Of a DNA stretch of 64,000 bases, positions 13,866 through 25,400 are shown one piece after another (position 1 is the first letter of the stretch; each line of letters begins with the position of its first letter). The notes beneath the pieces are model-generated. The model was not told where the DNA came from. It searched no databases and saw only the letters and a list, made by a program, of their open reading frames with translations. The stretch comes from Phoronis australis (taxonomy: Eukaryota; Animalia; Phoronida): assembly GCA_002633005.1 (NCBI GenBank), contig NMRA01000140.1, positions 773,395 to 837,394 on the forward strand, given 5' to 3'. The position numbers and the translations under genes were made by a program.

Positions 13866-15503
13866 GAGTCGGATATGATTGACTTCGAAATAGCACTGTA
13901 ATGAAGAATAAATATTGGCAAGAAAAGAACTCGAAATTCTTTTGAAATGAAAAAAGTGAACGTCTTTACATGTGCGTTCAATTTGTTTCTGTATGTTTTA
14001 AATGATTATTGAAATGACGACTAGCAATGATTACTTTTAGACTTTTCAGACAGATGAAATCGTCTGTATAAACAAACCAGATGTATACGTCATATATTAT
14101 TTTTTTCAAACCAGCAGATTATCCGTGTGTGTACATCACGGGGCAATCCGATTATACTAACATTAACGTGTTGCTAAACATCCACACGTTGCTTTATCAC
14201 ACGAAGGAAGTGCTGGTGCTGTAGGCCGCTCGGTTTATTTGATACCATAGCATCCAGGATTCCGTTTCGTGAATGTTACTGAAGACTTATGAAAGAAATT
14301 TGGTCTCACGATCCAACTTCACAGTTGCTGAATAAAGGTTTAGCCAAGTACTTACGAGCGCGTCACAATCTAGAAATAACTAATTTATAGAAATTATCTC
14401 AGTAACTAGCAGCTATGTGAAATATTTCCACAGACTTTTCATTTTTGCTAAAATAAGATCTAACTATTTTTCAGAAATAGTTGTGTCGAGCGTACTACCA
14501 AATTTCTGTCTTAGTTTCCAGTCACTTTTCATGTAACAAGGCCCAGAGCGTAAACTGTCTGCAGTTTACACTGGACGTCATGTGTGTCGTTCAACGTTTT
14601 TGTTGTTCTTAAGGTTCACGTTTCCATACTTAACTTTTACTTGGAGGAGGTATTGATTTCCGTGACCCGTTGTTTCAACTAACAATAACATTGGGAATAA
14701 TGTACAGGCGGATACAATAGAATTCCTATCGATTTACATTGTTAAATTGTTGTGTAAACAAAGATCGAAAACTAGCGCAGTGCTGCTATAATTATTTTAG
14801 CTCACCGAAAGGAAGTTGTAACATAATAAGCCCAAATGTGTCCAAGCGTTGTTTTTTGCTAATAATGATTTAGATTGAACTATATTTCACATTCTTGATG
14901 ACTGATTTAAAAACTGCAATTTCAATTTGTATAAAATGTTCGCAACCGACACGTCACGCTTGTCGCCGCCATCAGTATGACAGGGCAACCTTAACAACCT
15001 AAGTTCTAAAATATAATCCTGAACAAGTTTGCTTAGTGGCAACCATGTAAAACTATTTCGAATAGTCCGCGTGTCATTGTCTTTATTCAGAAACTAATTA
15101 TATGTTAGCATTATGATAACAAGCTTGTGTGGACTAGTTTTCATGGAACTCAATTGAAGTTTATCATGCTGTATTTTGCAGGTTGCTTCAGCAAAATGCC
15201 TAGGGAGATAGTGAGGAAGCGTCGCTGAGATTAATTATGCAGTTGTTTAATGCACGAAAGAAATAATTTACTATTTATGCAACCACATGAAACTTTTATG
15301 GTTGCCAAGACGTTAACGGGATTAGTCGAATACAAGAGGATATGATCATTTGACGATGCATCTTCGCCAGTGAAGGAACTCTGACGTATGCCTTTGTGAA
15401 ATGAGAATTAGTCGAGTATTGTCATAAATTTCTTGTACATTTGCATAGGTAATAACCAGTTGTCTACGAGAAGTATATTATCGGTAGCTCGGTGTTTACT
15501 AAG

Positions 15504-16448
15504 ATGCAAGAGATAACGGTACGACCTCTCAGTTCTGGGCGATTCCGTACCCCGGTCGCACCATCCAAACCTGAGGAGAACGCAGCTAACACGGCCGGTT
15601 TTTTTGACTGGTCCAGTGATGTCAATCAGTGTATAGCAGTGTCGAAATACAGCACATCCGGGTCGGTGTTTCCGTCTAGGATAGAGGGAAACGCGAAAAA
15701 GAAGAAACTGAAGCAGTGGTACAGTACAAATGGTGCAAAACTAGCGAATATCACTGCGCATTCCGGTAGGATGTTTCATCGAGAAAAGACGTCAATGACT
15801 AAAGGTGAGCGACAAATAGTACAAGGCATTTGTCACAATAGGGGAATGAAGGACGTGAAAAGAAACGAAACAAAGTGCGATTTAGAAGTTGAAGCGTCAC
15901 AGCTATTGTCTCATAAAGACGCCTGGTTGATAGGTAAGCAAGTGCCGCGGGCACAACCGTTCATTAAAGTAAAACCCAGAGAGAATAGTCTGTGTTTCTG
16001 TGACGAGACATTTTCAACAAGATATTCAGATAGAATTCTTGAAAAGGAAACTTTACGTCATGATGGGGAAACGACTTTATGCGAGAAATGCGGCGGCTGT
16101 ATTCTGGTATTTAACGATACTGACTCGGAGTTCCAAAATACGGTATTATCTCCGAAAGGGAGCGAATCGTCCAAAGAATCGCTGTGCTCCATCTTAACCG
16201 AGAAAGTCACGTCACCGCACAAAAAAATACCACCAATAAATTCGGGAAGAGGGGCAGCGTTTGTAAAAGAAATACTCTGCCGAAGCACCCGTGACCCACG
16301 TGCTGTAGAAAAGAAAACAATGGTGGACGTTTATCTTCCGAGAATGGCGCACTGTAGGGAAATGTCTCGTACTCCAACTGAGTGCAGTTCCAGCGCTTCG
16401 TCTAGAAGCGACTGTGATACGTTTGAACCAGCTTGTGACAGTGACTGA
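15504..16448 (+). CDS. Uncharacterised 314-aa protein (single coding exon) with CxC...CxxC cluster
   Basis: 945-nt ORF in AT-rich DNA; first ATG at 15504 (MQEITVRP); upstream acceptor-like TTTGCATAG ending near 15448; CFCDE...CEKCGGC; Ser-rich C-terminus. Confidence 0.6.
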   Translation: MQEITVRPLSSGRFRTPVAPSKPEENAANTAGFFDWSSDVNQCIAVSKYSTSGSVFPSRIEGNAKKKKLKQWYSTNGAKLANITAHSGRMFHREKTSMTKGERQIVQGICHNRGMKDVKRNETKCDLEVEASQLLSHKDAWLIGKQVPRAQPFIKVKPRENSLCFCDETFSTRYSDRILEKETLRHDGETTLCEKCGGCILVFNDTDSEFQNTVLSPKGSESSKESLCSILTEKVTSPHKKIPPINSGRGAAFVKEILCRSTRDPRAVEKKTMVDVYLPRMAHCREMSRTPTECSSSASSRSDCDTFEPACDSD

Positions 16449-17967
16449 CTTGTAGTCTTTACACTGCATTCATGGTACTTGAAAACTCGCACAGTAACTG
16501 CTTACGGCATGGGAAATCATGTGCACTGTAGTTCCCTATGTGGAAATTGTTTCTTTGCTTGGTGCCCACATGGGAGTTGTTGAATTGGAAAACATATGTA
16601 CAATCTATATAATAAGTATGTCGGATGATTTTATGGTGACCTATTCAGAGTTGCTCCAATCGGTCAAGCCTTTTAGAACAGCATGGCATATCGTCAATGA
16701 TCGCCACAATGCTATTGTTAAATAGATATTATCAGCGAGGAAAGTGGTCTCCTGAGATAAGCCTCAAAGCATGGAATCGAACCAGCAACCCACGCGGCCC
16801 CAATCTAACTATCTGCTCCATAAATAGCATAGTATTTTCAGGGTATCTGCTTGGTAAAGTCACCGATTTCTGAAAAACTGAAGCAGATTTCGGTAAGAAT
16901 TGGCTATTTGTAATAAAATCACAAAACAGCGGATTTTGTTGTTTTGTAACTTAGATCAAAAGTGATTAACTTCAAGAAGACTACGTCATCCAACAACAAT
17001 CCAAAAGATGTAGAGCTGATACCATCCTTTTAAAACGTCGCAGAATAAATTCTTTTCCAATACAACATGGAGGGCACTGGCGGATCTAGAATACAATAAA
17101 GAGTGGTCGACCACAGTTTTGAAGGAAACGATCGCCTTGGCCGTAAAATCAGCGTCGAAGGCTTATTTTCTTTTGGTCGTGTCTAACGAGAGGGGGTCCG
17201 GCCCGTGACATCCCTCCCCCTAAATTCGTCTGAGGAGCGGGCTCGTTTTATGACATGGAACTATTAATTAAGGGGAACAATGCCATATCATGTAATTATC
17301 CCTCAGGGATAGATTTGTAAAAAGGAACTCACAACATCACGTGACATTTCGTTTAAAAAGTAACTGTGAACCTTATATGTAATGTACTTATGTGCAAATA
17401 TCTTTTGTTAGCTCTAATCCCTACAAAGTAAATATTTTCTGAAAGGTGAATTAATTTTCTAACAAAATGTATTATTCTCATTTACTTCTCTTCACGAGAT
17501 ATGTTCCTCTCATCGTCTTTTGTCAACATGCTGATAACAGCATTTTCGAGGGAACCGCGCCTCAAATTTTTTAAGTAGAGCATTTTGAGCAAAAGCGGCC
17601 ATACTCTTGATTTTGGAAGGCTTCGTTCCTCAGAAATAGTATCACCTATTTCAAAAATCTGAAGAACGGTTCCTTCAAAAATGCCGTTATCAACATGTTG
17701 ACAAAAGAGCAACATGATTGGAGGAGCAGTATTTTTAAAATCTCTGTTACAAGTCAAAAAATTACTAAAACACGAAGATCTCGTAAAAAATAAAGTAAAT
17801 AAGAATCATAAATTTTGTTAGGAAATTTATTTACTTTTCAAAAAATATGTATTTGTAGGGATTGGAGCTAACGGAATTTGCAGATAAATACAACCTGGTC
17901 GAAACCAAGTATCGAAAAAATGTCTATAGTGTAACTACAATTGCACTTACACAAGTGTGTAAATGTA

Positions 17968-18028
17968 TGCGTGCGTGCGTGCGTGCGTGTGTGCGTGCGT
18001 GCGTGCGTGCGTGCGCGTGTGTGTGTGT
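17968..18028. repeat. (GCGT)n/(GT)n microsatellite
   Basis: Directly visible. Confidence 0.95.
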
Positions 18029-19241
18029 ACTTAAGTGAATCTGTATGTCATTCGAAATACCTTGGGCGATTTCCCAACTTCAAATTAGGCTATCCCTCGC
18101 CGTTTCACATTTGCGCATGTGCAAACTTCAATCAGAGGCGGAAAGGGACAGCAGACCGTGGCTATCCGTGACCTGCCTCCAGGTGGTTGCATTTAAGCGT
18201 GCAAGTGCGTGTTGCGTGTGCTTGTGTTATCTACTGAATATTTTTACAGTTGTATTTTACACTTAGTGAAGAATTTTATGTTTCTTGCATTCATGATTAT
18301 TACAAGTATCTTATTTGAACTGAAATTAAATGTTTTATATTTTAAAAGTTGTTTTTGTGACGTTTGAAACAACTGTGTTACATATATTACAATTCATCCT
18401 AGTTTTAAGGCTGTTTTTTGGGTGTGAAAATCAAAGATATCTAATAAGTAAAGTGTTTGGTTCATTTGGACAGGTATGATTTTGCCTGCTTATCCTGGCA
18501 GCCGTAGATGACTAAATAAAAAAATATTGATTGCTAACTGATAAGGTCGACTTCAAACTGTTGATACACATTTATGCTGTGTTTACAGAAATACCACTTT
18601 CATAAAGAAGTTAATCAGATACATTTTCACTCAAAGATTTCCTTGCAAAGGTGTTTATTGTTATGGGATTTCCTTCATTTTCCCAGCTCACGACTTGTTA
18701 TGGAATTAAGCCAGTTCCCGTGCAGAAATGCATCAACTGATACCTCGCAATCTTAGTAGATCGCAGGAACGTTTTCCAATCTGGCTACCATTAAACAACA
18801 TCTCCTTGAAATTTTGATAATGCGAGGGCTTTTCTTTTTACCCGGATAGCTTCATATTAGCTGCATTACACGAGTGCCATTTTTTCTAGTAGAATGCGAA
18901 TAAAATAACTGCAAAACGGCGCCTGTGAGGAAATTCAAAAGCGATTTCGTTAACTCGTACTGCGACTTAACTAATTAAGTCATGTTTTCGAGAATCTAAC
19001 AAAACGTTTGAGTTCAAATTCAAGAAATTTGGTTGCGAGAACATATAGTTCAACCATCTCTTTGAGAGGTCATTTATTTACAAGACATATGGCGGAAATA
19101 AACCTTATTCAAGTTGATACCTTTGCAGCGAGTTTTTGCCCCAGTCACCTTGTTGTGACTGTGTACCCTCCCTAAGTGCTGTGAAGTCTACATGTATAAC
19201 TTCTGTAGACTCAGTAACATCGCCACATTGAAACCGCAAGA

Positions 19242-19562
19242 CCTTATCCCTAACCCTAATTCTAACCCCTAATCCTTACCCTAACCCTAATCCCTTACCT
19301 AACCCTAATCCCTAACCCTACCCCCGAACAACTAACCCGTAACAGCTAACCCCTAACAACTAACCCCGAGCAACTAACCTCTAGCAACTAAGCCCTAACA
19401 ACTAACCCCTAACAACTAACCCCTAACAACTAATCCCTAACAACTAATCCCTAACACCTAACCCCTAACAACTAACCCCTAACAACTAACCCATAACAAC
19501 TAACCCTTAGCAACTAACCCCTAACTTTAGCCTTAGCACTAGCACCTTACCCTAACCCTTAC
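19242..19562 (+). repeat. Interstitial telomere-like array: degenerate (CCCTAA)n grading into ~14 copies of a 14-bp unit CCCCTAACAACTAA
   Basis: Directly visible tandem units. Confidence 0.9.
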
Positions 19563-20458
19563 CGCGAGATATTGTGAATGTCATAGCTCCAAAGAAAGCA
19601 AAACATGGGCGCATTCCGTATACGTTAGACACTAGCGAGTGTAAAGCTAGATCACGATCTTCGCTTATGATCAGAGACCTTTTACGGATGACTAAAATCG
19701 ATGCGTGCGCATCCTGGATCACATATTTGTAGGATGCGACTCTTCCAGTTCAACATGCTGATCCCAAAAGTATCACTTTGGGCACGGGCGATCCTCTGGT
19801 CACAAGCACTAACCGGGAAGTTGTTTTGGATTGATGTTGTTTATCGAACTACAACCAAGTGAAGTGATATCTGCAGATGTATGTGTGCTAGTGCCGCTGC
19901 ATGACCGTTACCTGCGCAATCCGTTATGTATATGGCTTGTCTGGTTATCATAAGCGTATGAGGCCCTGAGGCGGGAGGGGGGTTATTATACACAATTTAC
20001 GAAAAAATATGGAAATTTATTTCAAGGAGAAACAGTTCGGGCATCACCGCATCAAAAGGAAAAACAAGAGAAAACGTTTCTGGGGCCGCATCGACAACGA
20101 AATATATAAAAGATAAATTTGATTTCAAAGAGTATTTCAATGTGTCAGTTGTTCAAGCGATGACGTAAGCAGAATTCCCCGTTGCCCAATAAAATCATAC
20201 AAAAGTCTTGACCGTACTCGGAAATAGTGAACAATACTCAGGATACGTGTATACGTGCGTATTCAGGCCTTAAATAATTTGTCAAAGAGGAATTTGTCCT
20301 GTGCTGTGTGTTTCGTGTATGCGCGTATACGCTTAGTACTTTTGAATACTTATCAATTTCACCGTTTTGCAACGGCAAAGTCAAGTTCCACGCACAATCT
20401 ACTACTTTAGTTTAAAAGTCTGCTCCTTGATTTTACGCCAAGTGTTTCGCAAAGACAT

Positions 20459-20610
20459 GCCTCCCGTTCAGTAACGCTAGGACCTCGCTAAAAAGAAAGA
20501 CTTCGCGAGAATACGTGAGATTTCGCCGTGTATTTTGAATAAGAACACGTGACTTTGACTAGGTTTTAGCTAGGTCCTAGAGTAGGTCCTAGAGTCTACT
20601 GAACGCACGC
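20459..20610 (-). mobile_element. ~140-bp MITE family A, copy 2
   Basis: TIR GTTCAGTAACGCTAGGACC / GGTCCTAG..TACTGAAC; reverse complement of the copy at 62990. Confidence 0.7.
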
Positions 20611-21079
20611 AGGTTCATGTATCTATATTATACCTTCCTGTACAAGTGCATGAGCCTAAAGATTTGCATATTCGATATTGAATGGCAAAGTTATCGATAT
20701 TTGCTCCCAGAAAATCTTAAGAATATTTTTTCTTTTGAGTATGGTTATTGGGAAAGCATTACTCATGAAACGGTGAGTTTTCATACGTAGCTAATAGTCG
20801 ATCAGACTAGCAGACATTGCGAAAGGATTTCAAGTTCAAACTGTTGCCCCATTGAGGTCCGTTCGGATCGAGGGCGCAATAAGTCTTCTAAGAATGAGAC
20901 GTACAGTGTAGGATAGACCATTTAGCGACATAAGTGCCAATGTCTGCTCAGATCTTAAGTTCGTTGCAACCCCTTTACCTTTTAATTTTCCAAATCACTG
21001 ACATTAAAAGTATTATTGATGACATCGGTTTTTGGCCATAATAGGGTAAAAAACGGACAATCGTAGCACAAATGAAAAG

Positions 21080-21137
21080 TTATTGTTGATTCGACGTTTC
21101 GTCTATTCATTAGACATCATCAGGTTATAAACAATAA
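21080..21137 (-). ncRNA. Minimal type-I hammerhead ribozyme (Penelope-associated)
   Basis: Minus strand reads TTATTGTT-tataac-CTGATGA-T-GTCTA-atgaa-TAGAC-GAA-ACGT-C-gaatc-AACAATAA: conserved core, perfect 5-bp stem II, palindromic ACGT in place of stem III, 8-bp distal stem I. Confidence 0.65.
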
Positions 21138-21557
21138 GACATCAAGTGTCGACATATGAGTCAGGGTACGTTCATGAAGTGAAATGAGTGTACCAACAAT
21201 GACACGAAATAGTAAACAGGTCACTGAGCTCTGCATATTATTCAGAGAACCAGCAACATGCTGGTCTTCAATGGGCAATGACTCTTTAATGTAAAGTAAT
21301 TCCTTTACAGGTTCGATACAGATTATACTGGCTGAATTAGCTTGGTGATTGTTACTGACAGTCAGTATATAATCAGTAAAGAACCTTTAAATGATTTACT
21401 TTACATTAAAGAATCATTGGCCATTCAGGACCAGCATGCTGCTGGTTCACTGAATAATATGCAGAGCTCAGTGACCTATTTACCATTTCCTGTCATTGTT
21501 GGTAAACTCATTTCACTTCATGGAAGTAACCTGACTCGTATGTCGACACTTGATGTC

Positions 21558-21615
21558 TTATTGTTTATAACCTGATGATGTCTAATGAATAAACGAAACG
21601 TCGAATCAATATGAG
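21558..21615 (+). ncRNA. Second hammerhead copy, more degenerate
   Basis: CTGATGA at 21572 and GAAACGTC at 21595; stem II has one mismatch (GTCTA/TAAAC) and distal stem I is disrupted. Confidence 0.45.
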
Positions 21616-22483
21616 CTTTTTTATTTGTGCGGGGATTGTCCGTTTTATGATATTCGAAATTGTTTATTGCATATTTGGCATTACACGTATGACTGTACTT
21701 TAACTAATATTCTTCTCGAAGAAGTCATGGTAGCCATAAAAATTGCACACGGTATTCGTCGTGTGATAATAAATTCTTGAGATGAAAACAATATTAATGA
21801 TATTCAATCACTCCTGTGAGGCAGAGCGTCATATGTTACAAACGATCGACATTTGAATGATAATTGAGCATGGCATTTGATCAAGATAGCACAAGTTACT
21901 ACCTGATAAAGCACACAGCAATTGTCTCCCTACATCTTTTACACGCCAATCACGTTCGCAGAGGTCGACACACTTCATGTGACAGCACACGTAACTGGTT
22001 AATTTCCTCCATTGGTGTACTAGTTTCATGAACATTCTTCGATCTGTATCAATCCAACAAAATAAAATACTGTTTTCCCACAATATCTGGTCATTTGGAT
22101 AAAAATTGTCCTCTCTCAAATGTCTTCCTTTTTGTCAACCATAACAGTAAATATGTGAAAGATCAACCTTGCTTGTGTGCATAAACTTAAGCTAAACCGT
22201 GTCTTCATTGCCTGTACTCTAAAATAAGATAACATTCAGGACGGTGTGCAAACAACAAATAACCGTGAAATTCCACGTATGCATATGCACTTTGGGCTGC
22301 GTATCTAAATTCACGTAAAACTACATAGGTAATTAGAGTCGTTGTGCCTCACACTTTTAAGCCATGCTAAAACACCTAACCAATTACTCAGTATGTGAGC
22401 CCACAGACGTGCAAACTCCATATTCACTGCTTCGGAGGACCAATTTATGTACTCCAAACAAATGACACAGATTGGGAACGTAA

Positions 22484-25400
22484 TTAAAGGGAATATGCGA
22501 ATTTGCACTTTTTGTATGACATCTCTTTATACACGGTGATATAGCCAGACTCTTTAAGAGTAGCAAGTCCTTGCATGTCTCTTAGCATGATATACATGAG
22601 GCTTGTTACTCTGTTATGGCGAATACCATAATCAAGCTCATAGTAATATCCAGGAATATGTTCGGTCTGTGTTGTATTGTCTTTGTCTTGGTACGTCACC
22701 TAAACGAGAAGAAAACCAAACGTAAAACATTTGGTACCTGTGTAATTTAGTAATTTGTTGTTCAAAAATAATGCACTTCTTTAAGTGAAATTTACTTAAT
22801 ACCTAAAATGTACAGGTAACTAACATTTTTACCTGTTAATCCGGCTGAGTCGAATGAGTCTGATTTAGTCAGATACCTGTTAACCACGCAAGTACATGTA
22901 TGGTTTTAAGTTGGAAGCGATACTATGGTGGACAGGTATTTGATAGTTTTTATTACCACTTCGATTCATGGAGCATACTGCAGGCTTGTCATCAATATAT
23001 CACAATTCAAAGATCCCTATAAGGTCGCCATCTATTAATAGAGGTGTAGGTAGTTGTTAATACTTCTAGCAAAAAAATTTATTAACTTTTACCACAAATG
23101 GATCTGGACCGTCTATGTTGAATCCCGTGACTACCAGGGACAAGTTTTTTGGAGAATGAAAACCGCATGACGTAATTATGGGTCTGTAAGCGTCCGCCAT
23201 GATGGCTGACAACAGACTTTGTGATTGGTTGTCCAGGCAGAAGAAATCAAAATCCCAGGCGAATGCAGCAACTTTGTTTGGAAAGGCACCAATAGCAGAC
23301 AGGGAAGAGTCTGTTCTTTCTTTAGTTGTTCTTTGTAACAGTAAATCCATGCCTATTGTAAACAGAATAATTAGTTACTATAAATACATAACAAAAAACG
23401 GAAATATTATAGAAATGTTACTTCTATATAGACCTGATTCCACATTACTCTACGTTCCGGTTATTATCGCCACGAGGTCTTTTTGAACGGGTCGGTACTA
23501 CACCTTTGCCACAAAGGTAGCACCAAGTGGTTTTTAACTGGTTTTTTCGTACCTATTGGACATACTAACCGACAGAAACAAGGTGTCGGAATCTGACATC
23601 TGGCAACGGGCCAGAACTACGTCTTTCCAAGACGGTGGCTTCAAAAAAGACAATTCAGCTGCACCCAAATTAGTCTCACCCGATCCTCTTGTGTCTATTG
23701 GTAGACACGGATTATCACGCAGGTTCTCGTAGGCCTCTACCATAACCCACAGTCTGGCTGTTGAATTCGGAAATCCTGGGTTTCCTGCTGTGACATTGCG
23801 AAATGCTATCATCAATTCCGGAAACAACTGAAACCAAAAAATGTGTCTTGTCTTGTTTTATACAACTTCTTGCAGCAAAAGAATTTTGAACTTCTCCACT
23901 AATGTCTCAGATTTTTCAAATGACATTAGTCATATGAGATATGAGATTCCCGCATTCTTTGTGGTGATCAATTACCATGGTTTCTTGTGACAAAATTCAA
24001 CTACCAAAAATGTTAGCATGAGGCAACGAAAAGGGTTACTGTGTTGCTATCGTCTGTAATGTTCGTGTTTTTCTAACGTTTATTGCAAGTGCAAACAATT
24101 TAGACCAATTTCACCGTTGCTGGCGTTGATTGTTGCATACCTGTAAAGTATCTGTACTGTACAACTGACAGTATATTGCGCTCACAGCTACAGGTGTTAC
24201 TTACCTGTAGAGTACTTGCACTGTACACCTGAGAGTAGGTGGTGGTTACGTCTACAGGTTTTCCGGAACTTCGTAGGATCTGATAAAGTACCGGGTCATT
24301 TCTTGCGATGGAGTAGTTCTCCTCCGAAGGCCAATAATGCACTGCTAGTCCCATTCCTCGTCCTTCGTGCAAAATAAGAACGGAAGATCCTTGGTAAACA
24401 CTGGCAGCGTTTGTAAAAAAACTCTTCAAACCTTCAACGTGTTGCTTGATTGTTGAGTTCTTGAACTGTTTCTGCATGTTTATTTTAGCAGACACCGCAT
24501 AGCTTCGATTTTCGTTTACGTACAATATCGTTTCGTCTATTTGGAAGAAAAAGCAAACTTCAGGCAGACCAAGAACGTCTTTGCTTGAATCAGACACCAC
24601 AAATCTGGTGAGATCGACTTCTCTTCGGATGTAATACCCAGCGAACGACTTTGCTCCTGCATCGCGCACTGGAGTTCGAGAGAGGCTTGATATTTTGCGG
24701 AAACCGTGGAATTTGTCAAAGTCTAACTTCCGAAGGGTCTTTCGAAACTGTTGGCTCCTCATCCCGTCGCAATACGATCTCACGCGTTCTCGTGAACGAA
24801 CTGGTTTTGAAGGTACCAAAGATGTGCGTGTTGTGCGTAAGGCATGTGCTTGATAAATGTTTCCAAAACGATGGTTGTGTTCATCCAGTACATAAAACAA
24901 AAAGTAGAAATATCCTTCATAGAGCCAGACCTTCCTATCGTGGTCTGTCTCTACGAGTGAAAGGTCTACCGATTCTGGCATTCCCAAATATACACTCATG
25001 TTACGTTCTGCCGCGCTTTGAACAAGTAGTTCGTGAGGATCGATGCCTGCAAAACTTGTCAATACTACAGTAACAAATGTCTCGTTGGCGGTGTACTGAC
25101 AGTCGAATCCCCTGAAAGTAAGTATACAAGATGTATTAATGCATTTGTCCAACACAAGTTTTGTTGGTGTAAAACTCGTTGATTGTTATGGAACAGTATG
25201 CCAAACTCGTCTGTATTTATTCTTATGTGTTCCTATAAATACAAATCCTAAAAGATACCCTTTCCGCTTCTTTTTAGTTGGGAATTTCATAAAACGGATT
25301 TTAGGGCAAATCGTTTCAATGGAAGCTTAAGCCCAAATTGTGCTCATTCAACACAATTCCAAATATTTTCAAACTTAACTTTTGTTTAATTTTTATTTTT

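Larger units (their letters stand above)
21050..21646. mobile_element. Inverted pair of Penelope-like 3' ends (arms ~21050-21315 and ~21381-21646)
   Basis: Two ~265-bp arms are near-perfect reverse complements with a ~65-bp spacer. The right arm encodes LLYIKESLAIQDQHAAGSLN (PLE endonuclease C-terminal motif), mirrored in the left arm, and each arm carries a hammerhead core. Confidence 0.75.

Noticed and set aside
16760-16820. tRNA gene (B-box GGTTCGATTCC on minus strand)
   Set aside because: No cloverleaf can be built; at most a SINE remnant.
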